DNA of 64,000 bases. It comes from an uncultured Candidatus Poseidoniales archaeon. GTDB taxonomy: Archaea > Thermoplasmatota > Poseidoniia > Poseidoniales > Poseidoniaceae. Under the pieces are notes generated by a model. The model made no database searches and was not told where the DNA came from. It saw nothing but the letters and a program-made list of their open reading frames with translations. The stretch is from positions 9,934 through 73,933 of the forward strand of contig CAJJAV010000011.1 in the NCBI GenBank assembly GCA_905182125.1, given 5' to 3'. Shown here in pieces: positions 54,344 through 63,408 of this stretch (position 1 is the first letter of the stretch; each line of letters begins with the position of its first letter). Position numbers and translations under genes: made by a program.

Positions 54344-57300
54344 AGTCGTCGCTTGTTTCGAGCAAGAAAATTGCTTCACGGGTCAATTTGTATCGGTTCT
54401 TAATTCCCATCTTTCGCTTCTCAACCAAGCCGAACTTTTGCAATGTTCGCAAGTGATGGGATACGAGCTGTTGGCTCTTTTCGAGGCGCTTGGCAAGTTC
54501 GGCTTGAGTCGGGAATTCACCCATTGGCCCGTCTGCATCGAGCAGAGTGAGTATTTTTCCTTGGAGGCTGTTTGGGTCAGGCGAAAGCGGAGGTACTGGA
54601 AGGTCCTGTTCACTCATGGCAGGGTTCATGGTGTTGGTGAGAGGGTAATATCGGACCAAGCGTCCATCTTTTCGGCGCCAAATCACTTCTTCATTTTCTA
54701 AGATTCGAAGGTGGTGAGTGATCTGGCCATTGCTCATGTCGAGTGCTGCCATGAGCGCACGGAAATGGCAACCTGGGTTCGCAGTCAAGTACCCCATTAA
54801 CCGACCACGTTGGTAGCGGCCATCGGTTGTCTCATGGGTTCGTCCAACCATGCCCAAGAACCACAGTCCTGCCGCAGTTGACGGGATGCGCAAGGATTCG
54901 TTGCCAAGCACAAAGGTGACCAAGAGGGACAAAAGGGAAGTGGTTGTCAAGATCACAAGCACACTTGGTGCATACGATTGGGCGGCATCTTTAGCAACCA
55001 CAATCGGAGCATCGACGGTTTGCTCGGTCGTTTCACCAGCTACGGAGGGTGAGGCCTCGGTTTCGACCGAGCGTAATTCGATGGAGGCTGCTTGGAACAT
55101 GGCGCATGCAGGGGCTGCGTCCGAAGAAACGGCACCGTAGGTACCCGACCAACCTTGTTGAGGGGCCCAAGAACCAAGAGCGGCTCGAGATAGAAGCAGT
55201 TGACCTTCTTGTGGGGAATCGAGGATCCAACATGTTCCATCCTCGGTCAAGACGCCCGACCAGGTCCCGCTGATGAGCCGTGATGCTTCTGGTTCGAGTT
55301 CTTCGACGATGGCGACGGGTTGGGCTGTCACTGTTTCGAGGATTGGCCAGTCAAAAACGAAACCTGCTGAGGTGGTGGGATTTGATTCGAGCGTGACAAC
55401 AAGTTGATAGGTGCCATCGGGGAAGGTTTCATTGTTGAGATCAACCATGTGGATTTGGTCTCCTTCAAGCACAAGGTTCTCTACCAGTGGCCCGTAAGGT
55501 AACACCAGATGACGTCCATCGTTATCTTTGCAAACAGTTTTTTGTTGGTGTACTTCTTCATTCGAAGGAAGGGCCATGATGGCCACTGTGACCGAACAAG
55601 GACTAACCCATCGGAGATCGACTTCGCTGCTGCGGGGTTCGAGCATCACGTCCAGATCAAAACCGTTCGCAACTCCCGTCAGGGAAGTGGTGATGTCGAG
55701 GTCAAGATCCCCTGCACAGTTATTGGTGATACCTTGGTTGTAGTCAATGGCTTGGGCTGCTGCGAGATGAAATTGCGGAACTTCCACAATCACAGTGTAG
55801 TGGCCTGAAGCAACTTGACAACCAACCATGTTGTTAAACGTCCAATCTGGAAGGGAAAACATCACTTCTTCTTCTGAATCCAGACTGTAGTCCATGTTGA
55901 TGGCGTTGCAGGATTTGAGTGGGCGGCTGTCAAACACGACATCGCCCTGATCGTTCACGACCCAAAGTTCAGCACGGCAAGTGTCTGTGAACCGCAACGA
56001 TTGTTCCTCTGGACCTACATTGCGCATGTTCATTGTTGCCTGCATAATGTCTCTCCCGCCGTATGGGACATCGCCAAGGCCAATCAGCGTCACATCAAGA
56101 GCATCTTGTAATGTGGGGTCAAAAGCGACTTCTGGTTCAGCGATGTCAAGGGTAAGTGAAGCGGTGAGTGATTGACCTGGAAGCGTCATAGTGACTGAGT
56201 TAATGCCTGTGAGCAATGCACCAGCAGAAAGGAGTGTTTGCTCGATTAAAATTTCTTCATAAGCACCGATTTGAATTTTATCCGGCATGCACGGAGAGGT
56301 GAGGCTAGTCGCTCCATTGACGGTGAGTTGATTCAGGCAACCACCAAGGTCTGGCAAGGTCACACGTCGCGGTGTTGGATTGTGAAGCACTGCTGAAAGA
56401 ACCATCTCATCGCTTGCAACGAGGGGCCCAAGCCGACTGCTGATCGTGATTGAGAGGGTGAGTGCTTCAGGTACGCTCACATTGGTCTGCACGTGAACTT
56501 CTTGCGCGACGGTTCGAGCCGTAGCGGTGTGGAGGGCCACAACTGAGTACCAACCAGGTCGCACCTCTTCGCCACTGGCATCGGTTAAATCCCACGTCAG
56601 CGGTGCAAAATCATAGGTCTCGTCTGACGCCAAGTCAACCATCTGTGACTGTCCGCGGCATTTTGTCCGTTCGTCGAGGATGATTTGTCCCAAGGCATCG
56701 GTCACTTGGAGCACTGCCCCGCACGATGGATCATTTTCAAAGGTCGTCGAAGCACCATCATTCACAAAGGATGATCGAAGTTCGACGGCATCACCAGAAA
56801 CGTACCAGGCGGCATTTGGTTGAGGTACCAATTCGGATTCCATCCGCACATCCGCATCATCTGCGGTTGCGAAAACTGGGAGTGTCGACAGCATAAGCAG
56901 GGTCACCAGAACCACTGCACCGCCACGCATACGCCCCGCCATGTGGTGAGAGAGGTCCTCATTACTTGAAAGCCCAGCGGTCCGTACCGTGTGTAGAGGC
57001 GAAGCAAATTTGCAACCAAGAGAACTGATTGTGACAGAGCGATTCGTGGTGCTACAAGCCCAATTAGGTGAATGGGACAACCTCAACCACTTGCTGGTTT
57101 GTGTCCAAACCAAACAAGCAGTCATCATCGATCCGTTTGATGGCCATTTTTGGCATGATGTGTGCCGGCAGCGCGGGTGGACCCTCAACGAGGTATGGCT
57201 TACACACAGCCATTGGGACCATGTCAAAGGCGTCAAAGAGGCAAAAGAAATAGGCAGTGATTCAATCTGTGTTCGGAGCCATGCGTTTGAACGACAACGG

Positions 57301-57440
57301 GATTGGGATGGCGAAGTGGATGAAGAGTGGACGCATGAACCGAATTCGCACACTGAATTAAGCCTCGGAAATTTGAGGTTTGAAGCCCATTGCACCCCCG
57401 GACACACGCCTGGGCATACGACCTTCATCGGTGAAGGCAT
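54330..57440 (-). CDS. membrane-tethered transcription-regulator candidate: signal peptide, about 790-aa extracellular domain, 1-2 TM helices, two cytoplasmic winged-helix (ArsR/MarR-like) domains. Probable start MAGRMRGG, about 56942.
   Basis: The N-terminal 166 residues of the ORF overlap the MBL gene and look non-coding. From MAGRMRGGAVVLVTLLMLSTLPVFATA (signal) there is a long beta-rich ectodomain, then SVLVILTTTSLLSLLVTFVL and AAGLWFLGMVG (TM). After that come FRALMAALDMSNGQITHHLRILENEEVIWRRKDGRLVRYY (wHTH 1) and LTLLDADGPMGEFPTQAELAKRLEKSQQLVSHHLRTLQKFGLVEKRKMGIKNRYKLT (wHTH 2). Confidence 0.5.
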   Translation of the reverse strand: MPSPMKVVCPGVCPGVQWASNLKFPRLNSVCEFGSCVHSSSTSPSQSRCRSNAWLRTQIESLPISFASLTPLTWSQWLCVSHTSLRVHPRCRHTSCQKWPSNGSMMTACLVWTQTSKWLRLSHSPNWACSTTNRSVTISSLGCKFASPLHTVRTAGLSSNEDLSHHMAGRMRGGAVVLVTLLMLSTLPVFATADDADVRMESELVPQPNAAWYVSGDAVELRSSFVNDGASTTFENDPSCGAVLQVTDALGQIILDERTKCRGQSQMVDLASDETYDFAPLTWDLTDASGEEVRPGWYSVVALHTATARTVAQEVHVQTNVSVPEALTLSITISSRLGPLVASDEMVLSAVLHNPTPRRVTLPDLGGCLNQLTVNGATSLTSPCMPDKIQIGAYEEILIEQTLLSAGALLTGINSVTMTLPGQSLTASLTLDIAEPEVAFDPTLQDALDVTLIGLGDVPYGGRDIMQATMNMRNVGPEEQSLRFTDTCRAELWVVNDQGDVVFDSRPLKSCNAINMDYSLDSEEEVMFSLPDWTFNNMVGCQVASGHYTVIVEVPQFHLAAAQAIDYNQGITNNCAGDLDLDITTSLTGVANGFDLDVMLEPRSSEVDLRWVSPCSVTVAIMALPSNEEVHQQKTVCKDNDGRHLVLPYGPLVENLVLEGDQIHMVDLNNETFPDGTYQLVVTLESNPTTSAGFVFDWPILETVTAQPVAIVEELEPEASRLISGTWSGVLTEDGTCWILDSPQEGQLLLSRAALGSWAPQQGWSGTYGAVSSDAAPACAMFQAASIELRSVETEASPSVAGETTEQTVDAPIVVAKDAAQSYAPSVLVILTTTSLLSLLVTFVLGNESLRIPSTAAGLWFLGMVGRTHETTDGRYQRGRLMGYLTANPGCHFRALMAALDMSNGQITHHLRILENEEVIWRRKDGRLVRYYPLTNTMNPAMSEQDLPVPPLSPDPNSLQGKILTLLDADGPMGEFPTQAELAKRLEKSQQLVSHHLRTLQKFGLVEKRKMGIKNRYKLTREAIFLLETSDDFIRD

Positions 57441-57765
57441 CGTGGTGTCAGGAGACTGCCTGTTCCTTGGCCGTTGTGGGCGAACTGATTTGTTTGGTGG
57501 CGACCCTGTAGCCCAACGAAGGACCTTGCATTACCTGCGCGACATCATGGCAGACCTGCCTTCTTCTTGGTTGGTGCTCCCCGGCCATCAGTATCAACTC
57601 GCTGACGGGCAAACACCGACCTCGATGAGCATCGGCGACGTCCTCCAAACCAATGAAGCGCTGTTGGCAGTTGATAGCGATCAAGCGTGGGCTGAACTGC
57701 CGTTTTTGGCGTTCGAGGACAGCATGGCGGAACAGGCTCGGCGTAAGCGGGCCCGAAGGGCGTAA
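56989..57765 (+). CDS. metallo-beta-lactamase-fold hydrolase, glyoxalase II (hydroxyacylglutathione hydrolase)-like
   Basis: THSHWDHVKG (HxHxDH motif), GHTPGHTTF, SGDCLF, LPGHQY. The GTG start is given by the ORF track and the true start may be slightly downstream. Confidence 0.75.
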   Translation: MCRGEANLQPRELIVTERFVVLQAQLGEWDNLNHLLVCVQTKQAVIIDPFDGHFWHDVCRQRGWTLNEVWLTHSHWDHVKGVKEAKEIGSDSICVRSHAFERQRDWDGEVDEEWTHEPNSHTELSLGNLRFEAHCTPGHTPGHTTFIGEGIVVSGDCLFLGRCGRTDLFGGDPVAQRRTLHYLRDIMADLPSSWLVLPGHQYQLADGQTPTSMSIGDVLQTNEALLAVDSDQAWAELPFLAFEDSMAEQARRKRARRA

Positions 57766-57771
57766 ACACCC

Positions 57772-60700
57772 TCAGAGTTGGTCCAAATCGAACATGGTTG
57801 GGATGGCGGCTTGAGTTGCTGCTTCCTCTTGCATTTCATGCTGTTTCCACTGTGGGACGGCAGCTGGCTCGACCCAACCAAGCGATCGTGCTTCGTCAAG
57901 TTCACCTGCAGCCACATAATGCTCAATCCAAGCTTCACGGCGTTCTTCTTCTTCAGAGAATGCCATGTTGACTTTGAGTTCTTCAGCGCGTTCACCAGAA
58001 GCCTTTCGCTTGCTAGCTGCTTTTGCGATTTGTGCTACAAAGATCAGTGCAAGAAGCAGAACAATTGCTCCGGCCATGAACATCAAGGTTGTTGTATCTC
58101 CAATCAAGGAAGCGGCCTCATCGCCGTCGCCACTGGTGATGCCTGGATCGCTTGTGATTGTGCACGTCACGGCATCCGGGCCGGTAAGGACACCGTTGGT
58201 GACCGCTGGGTCCCATGGGCACGGGTCGTAAAGGTCGGCTCGGCCGTCTTCATCGCTGTCAACGCATCCAAACTCTTCAAGGGAAGATGTGCCGAATTCT
58301 TTGCGGCATGAATCAGGTTGGAACGCAGCTTGAGGTATCATCAGACCTTCATCACCATCAGGGTCGTAGACGCTGTTGTCACCAAAACCATCGCCATCGA
58401 AATCATTCCATTGGCTCGGCTCAAGTGGGAATGCGTCAGGTTGGTAGAAACTGGTTTGGTTGTCCCCCCATCCGTCGCCATCGAGGTCAGACCATTGGTC
58501 AGGAACTGTGGGGAAGGCATCGCCAGATTGATTTCTCACCTGGACGGTCTGTCCGGGGTTGTCAAGATCGATAAGCGTATCATTGAACCATTCATAATTG
58601 TCACCCCAACCATCGCCATCGGTGTCAACCCATTGCAAGGTGTCGTTCGGGAAGGCGTCATCAACATCCGCCCATCCGTCGAAATCTGCATCAGGGCAAC
58701 CTTGTCTATTGTTTTCGAAGGATTTACCATAGACGTCTGCACAATCATCACCGCTTGGTACGGCGGTGTTATCGCCGTAGCCATCGCCATCGGCATCGGC
58801 CCATTGGAATGGGTCTTCCCAGAAAGCATCGATTGGGTCGACGAAACCGTCGCCATCGTAATCTGAACATCCACGGGTGCCAACATCGGTGGATTTCCCA
58901 TAGACGAGCGGACAAACATCGGAGTAACCTTCGGAAATACCGTCGCCATCAGCGTCGATGAAGTTGTCACCGTAGCCATCGCCATCTGTGTCTTCCCATT
59001 GGTCAGGGTCCTGCCAGAATGCATCGCCATTGAATCCATTTGGATTGTCACCGCGGCCATCGCCATCGGTGTCTTTCCATTGGGAAGTGTCGTCAGGGAA
59101 GGCATCGGGGTTGTTTCCGTCAGGATTGTCACCGCGGTTGTCACCGTCTCGGTCCGCCCATTGTGTTGAATCATCAGGGAACGGATCGCCTGCGTTCGAG
59201 TAGCCGTCGTTGTCGCGGTCAGCACAGCCAATGCGGTCCACAGTAGAGGTTCCAGCTTCATTTGGGCATTCGTCTGCGTTGTTGCCGCTGACGTTGCTGC
59301 CGAAGCCGTCACCGTCTTCGTCGCACCATTGTGTTGGGTCGTCCGGGAAAGCGTCTGCTTGGTAGCAATCTCCGGTTGAAGGCCAGTTCGCATCTGGGTC
59401 GGACCAACCGTCGCCATCGGTGTCAAGGCATCCAAGGCGATCGAATTCAGAATCGCCGTAAATTGTTGGGCACCCATCAGGTCGGTCGCTCATTTGGTTG
59501 TCGCCAACCCAATCGCCATCCGAATCCAGCCATTGGGTTCGGTCGAGTGGGAAGGCGTCTGGATTGACGGCTGACGATTGGAGCACACCCGGCCATTCAG
59601 AGGGCCTGAAGTTGTTCCATGTGGCGTTTTCATAATTGTCGCCCCAGCCGTCGCCATCGGTATCGTTCCATTGGGTCGCATCGTTCGGGAAAGCGTCCCC
59701 TGATTGATTCATGTGAAGTTGTGCATCGTTGAGATCAAAGTAGTAATTGTCACCGTAGCCATCAGCATCCGCATCGACCCATTGAAGTGGATCTGCGGGG
59801 TAGGTGTCACCTTCGTCAGACCAACCATCGCCGTCAGCATCTGGGCATCCAAACCTGTCTTGGTTTGATGTGCCGTATGTTGCTGCGCAAGAATCGGGTT
59901 GGTAGGCTGGAAGGTCTGGCGTCGAGGCGTTAGAGTCGTCGTCATAGACCAGGTTGTCCCCATAGCCATCTGCGTCGCTGTCGGTCCATTGAGAGCCTTC
60001 CGAAGGGAAAGCATCAATCACACCATCGCCTTGGTCAGTGGTGTTGTAGCCATCGTTGTCTTCATCAATGTCTGCATACCAAAAGTACAGGCCTTCGTCG
60101 TTCCGGCCGTGGGCGGTGATGATGTGGGTTCCCAAAGGACTCACTGCAATAGCATTGATTTGGCCACAGTTGTTCCCTTGGCCTGAATTGCAGCCGCTGT
60201 TTGGTATTGGCCCGACGATGGCATCCACTTGGACGCCCGTATCTGATTCATACACCCGGGCAGTATTGGAGTCTGCTTGGTACCAACTCATTCCAGCAAT
60301 GACTTGCACGCTGTCGTGGGAAAAGGCGGTTGAAAGGCAGGAAGTGGAGGTCGTCTTTTGCCAAATTCGAGTCCATGAAACTCCGTTGAACTTGTACACA
60401 TCGAAACTGGCAGACTGGCCTTCCCAGGCGCCGCACATAGAGATGTAATTGCCATCTGATGACCAAGCGAGGGCGTTGACGCCATCAGATGGATCGGAAA
60501 TGCTCCAAACAGTAGCTTGGGATGAAACGTTGACAATGTAGAAGTCGCCGCTCGCAGCGAGAGCGATGTGCTCTCCATCTGGAGAGAACACAGCGTCATA
60601 GAAGCGGTCTTCACCGCTTGGATTCAAGCTGTAGAGGTTTTGCCCGTTTGAAGTTTGAATCAAAAAGACCTGTCCGTTTGTACCGCCGTTGCCGGAACGG

Positions 60701-61281
60701 CCGATTGAGACTGCGACAAGGTCGCTGGCTGGATTGAACTCGACGTCATAGACGTAGTCACCGCCACCTACGTCAACGCTAATTGTGCCGTGGACCGAGG
60801 TCAGGTTGGTTGCGTAATAGATGTCAATTGTATCGTCATCGAGCCCCGCTGCGATGTATTGCCCGTCTGGTGAATAGGAGACAGAGGTGACTTCTCCGCC
60901 AGATATTGCGTTCACTGAGCGTGTGTTGATATGGGTGCTTGCGTTCCAAACTCGAACAAAGCCGTCTTCGGACCCGGTGACAACAAACTCACCGGTTGGC
61001 GAATAATCGACACCTACATAGTCAACGTTGGAAGTCACTGTGAATTCGTTTTGGTAATTTGGATTTTTGATGGACCAACCATCGTTGAAGTCAGAGGTCC
61101 CATCACCATCGCGGTCTGGACAACCGTCACGATCAACATCGGAGGTGCCCGCAGACCACGGGCAATCGTCGACGGAGTTTTCGATACCGTCACCGTCTGA
61201 GTCTGCACCCATGACAATCGGTGTGAGCGCCATTGCCATCATCAGAGCAACAAGAAGAAAGCCACTGGTTCGCCGACGCAT
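57772..61281 (-). CDS. giant (1169 aa) secreted WD40/beta-propeller plus TSP3 repeat surface protein with C-terminal TM anchor and cytoplasmic tail
   Basis: Signal peptide FLLVALMMAMALTPIVMGADS. The N-terminal propeller region has repeated SPDG/SPTGE segments (VDYSPTGEFVVTGSEDGFVRVWN, VSYSPDGQYIAAG, AVFSPDGEHIALA). About 20 DxDxDGxGD motifs (DSDADGYGDN, DADGDGWSDEGD, DTDGDGWGDN...). TM helix LMFMAGAIVLLLALIFVAQIA. Tail with ...EAWIEHYV...GWVEPAAVPQWKQHE.... Confidence 0.6.
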   Translation of the reverse strand: MRRRTSGFLLVALMMAMALTPIVMGADSDGDGIENSVDDCPWSAGTSDVDRDGCPDRDGDGTSDFNDGWSIKNPNYQNEFTVTSNVDYVGVDYSPTGEFVVTGSEDGFVRVWNASTHINTRSVNAISGGEVTSVSYSPDGQYIAAGLDDDTIDIYYATNLTSVHGTISVDVGGGDYVYDVEFNPASDLVAVSIGRSGNGGTNGQVFLIQTSNGQNLYSLNPSGEDRFYDAVFSPDGEHIALAASGDFYIVNVSSQATVWSISDPSDGVNALAWSSDGNYISMCGAWEGQSASFDVYKFNGVSWTRIWQKTTSTSCLSTAFSHDSVQVIAGMSWYQADSNTARVYESDTGVQVDAIVGPIPNSGCNSGQGNNCGQINAIAVSPLGTHIITAHGRNDEGLYFWYADIDEDNDGYNTTDQGDGVIDAFPSEGSQWTDSDADGYGDNLVYDDDSNASTPDLPAYQPDSCAATYGTSNQDRFGCPDADGDGWSDEGDTYPADPLQWVDADADGYGDNYYFDLNDAQLHMNQSGDAFPNDATQWNDTDGDGWGDNYENATWNNFRPSEWPGVLQSSAVNPDAFPLDRTQWLDSDGDWVGDNQMSDRPDGCPTIYGDSEFDRLGCLDTDGDGWSDPDANWPSTGDCYQADAFPDDPTQWCDEDGDGFGSNVSGNNADECPNEAGTSTVDRIGCADRDNDGYSNAGDPFPDDSTQWADRDGDNRGDNPDGNNPDAFPDDTSQWKDTDGDGRGDNPNGFNGDAFWQDPDQWEDTDGDGYGDNFIDADGDGISEGYSDVCPLVYGKSTDVGTRGCSDYDGDGFVDPIDAFWEDPFQWADADGDGYGDNTAVPSGDDCADVYGKSFENNRQGCPDADFDGWADVDDAFPNDTLQWVDTDGDGWGDNYEWFNDTLIDLDNPGQTVQVRNQSGDAFPTVPDQWSDLDGDGWGDNQTSFYQPDAFPLEPSQWNDFDGDGFGDNSVYDPDGDEGLMIPQAAFQPDSCRKEFGTSSLEEFGCVDSDEDGRADLYDPCPWDPAVTNGVLTGPDAVTCTITSDPGITSGDGDEAASLIGDTTTLMFMAGAIVLLLALIFVAQIAKAASKRKASGERAEELKVNMAFSEEEERREAWIEHYVAAGELDEARSLGWVEPAAVPQWKQHEMQEEAATQAAIPTMFDLDQL

Positions 61282-62960
61282 GTTATTCCGTTCATTTCGT
61301 CATAAAAGGTGTTGTGGTTCTGTTGTGCGGAGAAATGACTGCAAACGAAGCAATAAAAGTTCACCCATACAAGGGAAGCGTTGAGAAGGAAGCCCGCCCA
61401 GCGAGGGGCGTGAGCGAAGGTCTTCCGAAGGTCAGTGTAGCGGTATTGGATCGCGTACTGCTCCATTTGAACGATCATGAATCTCAAGCAGACCGCTATG
61501 TCGTTGGTCCTGAGTTGACCCGTCCCGGCATCGCTGAAGCATGTGCACAGCACCCACCCAACGTCAGCAGGGCCATGCGGACGCTGCTCAAAGATGGCCT
61601 CGTTGAAGAACACACGCGAAGTGTTCGCAATGAAGACCGCCGACAAAAAACATGGCAATTAAGCGAACAAGGACGGGAAAAAGCGACCGAACGGCACGAG
61701 AATTTAGGTCAGACCAAAGTCCTCTTGCGCAACAATGAAGGGGAACTGTTGGAACTTCATGCAAGTGACGCTGCTGCTCGTTTGGAAGCAGATATCTCGC
61801 TTTTGCAAATTTTACTCCACGCACAACACGAAGGTGTGCTCACTTATGGTGACATTCGTTTCGGCCGAATCCAAAGAACCGATGGCCATCTCCCTGCTCC
61901 TGGTCGATTGACAGCGATGACGGGCGCACACGCCACGTACAACAATCACCCGCCTGAAACCAGGCCCGTCCACGGCCGTGAAAAGGAAATTGAGGCGTTA
62001 CAAACATGGTTCAAAGAGCGAAAACCATGTGCGGTCGTGCATGGCATAGCAGGCATCGGGAAGTCCACATTAGTTGCCCATTGGTTACAACAACTGCTCA
62101 AAGAAGATCCATACCTCTCTGTATGCTGGTACCCGTGTCAACCGTGGGACAGAGCGCTTGGGCTTGCAACAAGTCTACTCCATCGCTTTGGTATCGATGA
62201 ATCCCATGACCCCTACAACCTCATCGAGACATTGCCATTAAGCCCCGGCGGGAAAATCGATGTCGATGCTTGGCGGCGTCGACTTTTGACGTACCTGACC
62301 GATGCTCGCACCATCCGCGAACGATTCAAGGACGAGGTCGGTGGGCCACCCCCGTATTGGCTCATCGTCCTCGACGATGTCCACCACATGGAAGAGAAAG
62401 CAAAAGAGCTGCTTGGGGCGTTGCTGCAAATTGCCAGCAAAGCACCGCTTCGTTTAGTGTTCATTTCCCGCACCACTCTGAAGGTCTATGACCGCAGAGA
62501 CGTCCATACGAGGGAGATTGTCCGAGAGTACCCAATCGCCGGACTAAGCCTCGAAGAAACAAAGGTTTGGCTGGATGAATTGGACCATCCCTCGAAACTG
62601 CAAGCCGATGAAGTTCATGCTGCAACCGGAGGCCACCCGCTCGCCCTCGAATTGCTGGAACTGTATGGACAACCAACGCACGGGGATTGGCTCCGATTTT
62701 TAGATGAAGAAATCCTCGCGTCGCTTCCTCAAGGTGAACAAAACCTGCTCGCAACCTTGGCATTGGCTGAAAAACCAATGCAGTGGGCCATGCTTGCACA
62801 GGCTGTAGGTTGGGAAGGGTTGCCCCCGGAAAACCTGCTGAAGCACGGACTTTTGATTGAGTTGGACGAAGGAATGTGGCTTCACGAAGCGCTACGAGAG
62901 CGCTTGCTGCGAGAAGTTGGAACGAAGCAAGAGCAACGGAAAGCAAGCCTAAGTGAGTGA
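61233..62960 (+). CDS. compact STAND NTPase: N-terminal MarR/PadR-like winged helix fused to an NB-ARC-type ATPase module, with no C-terminal repeat sensor. Probable start MTANEAIK, about 61335.
   Basis: wHTH: LTRPGIAEACAQHPPNVSRAMRTLLKDGLVEEHTRSVRNEDRRQKTWQLSEQG. Walker A AVVHGIAGIGKSTLV. Walker B YWLIVLDDVHH. RNBS-B/sensor-1-like RLVFISRTT. GxP motif ATGGHPLALELL (the NB-ARC GLPLA equivalent). A C-terminal helical/WH region follows (NLLATLALAEKPMQWAMLAQAVGW). Confidence 0.6.
   Translation: MPSSEQQEESHWFADACYSVHFVIKGVVVLLCGEMTANEAIKVHPYKGSVEKEARPARGVSEGLPKVSVAVLDRVLLHLNDHESQADRYVVGPELTRPGIAEACAQHPPNVSRAMRTLLKDGLVEEHTRSVRNEDRRQKTWQLSEQGREKATERHENLGQTKVLLRNNEGELLELHASDAAARLEADISLLQILLHAQHEGVLTYGDIRFGRIQRTDGHLPAPGRLTAMTGAHATYNNHPPETRPVHGREKEIEALQTWFKERKPCAVVHGIAGIGKSTLVAHWLQQLLKEDPYLSVCWYPCQPWDRALGLATSLLHRFGIDESHDPYNLIETLPLSPGGKIDVDAWRRRLLTYLTDARTIRERFKDEVGGPPPYWLIVLDDVHHMEEKAKELLGALLQIASKAPLRLVFISRTTLKVYDRRDVHTREIVREYPIAGLSLEETKVWLDELDHPSKLQADEVHAATGGHPLALELLELYGQPTHGDWLRFLDEEILASLPQGEQNLLATLALAEKPMQWAMLAQAVGWEGLPPENLLKHGLLIELDEGMWLHEALRERLLREVGTKQEQRKASLSE
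61295..61315. promoter_or_regulatory. single AT-rich TATA-like element (tcataaaagg / ccttttatga) in the about 54-bp divergent spacer, plausibly serving both leaderless genes (surface protein ATG about 61281, STAND gene ATG about 61335)
   Basis: This is the only A/T run in the spacer. It lies about 20-30 nt from each start codon. Confidence 0.3.
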
Positions 62961-62961
62961 C

Positions 62962-63291
62962 TCAGAAGTCTTCGGCGCCCATGTGCTCATCGACCCATTT
63001 TAGGACGGATGCTTTTGGCATAGCGCCGCTTTTTTTGCTCACGAGTTTGCCGTTGTTGTAAAGGAACATTGCAGGGATCCCACGCACGCCTAGACGGCCT
63101 GCATTCATTGGATTGGAATCGGTATCGACTTTCGCCACAATGAGTTCACGCTCATCTGCAACTTGAGACAGAACAGGTCCGAGCGCCTTGCATGGACCGC
63201 ACCATGGGGCCCAGAAGTCGACAAGGACCCAATTGTTGTCATTGACGGTTGTTTCGAATTCGCTGTCAGTTACCGCTCTCACTTCACCCAT
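62962..63291 (-). CDS. trxA: thioredoxin
   Basis: WAPWCGPCK active site, 109 aa. Convergent with the STAND gene, and their stop codons are 1 nt apart. Confidence 0.85.
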   Translation of the reverse strand: MGEVRAVTDSEFETTVNDNNWVLVDFWAPWCGPCKALGPVLSQVADERELIVAKVDTDSNPMNAGRLGVRGIPAMFLYNNGKLVSKKSGAMPKASVLKWVDEHMGAEDF

Positions 63292-63408
63292 TGGCTCACC
63301 TTTCCTTTCCTTCGGCCCGGAGATTATGAGGTTTTGTACGCCGCATCATACAAAAATTGGACGAAATCCTCATCACAAGGCCCCGCTTGGAGTAAGCAAG
63401 GCGGTCCT

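Noticed and set aside
58536-59477. 313-aa minus-strand ORF and several 60-180-aa ORFs inside 57772-61281
   Set aside because: Alternative frames of the repetitive TSP3 region. The 1169-aa frame carries the signal peptide and all motifs.
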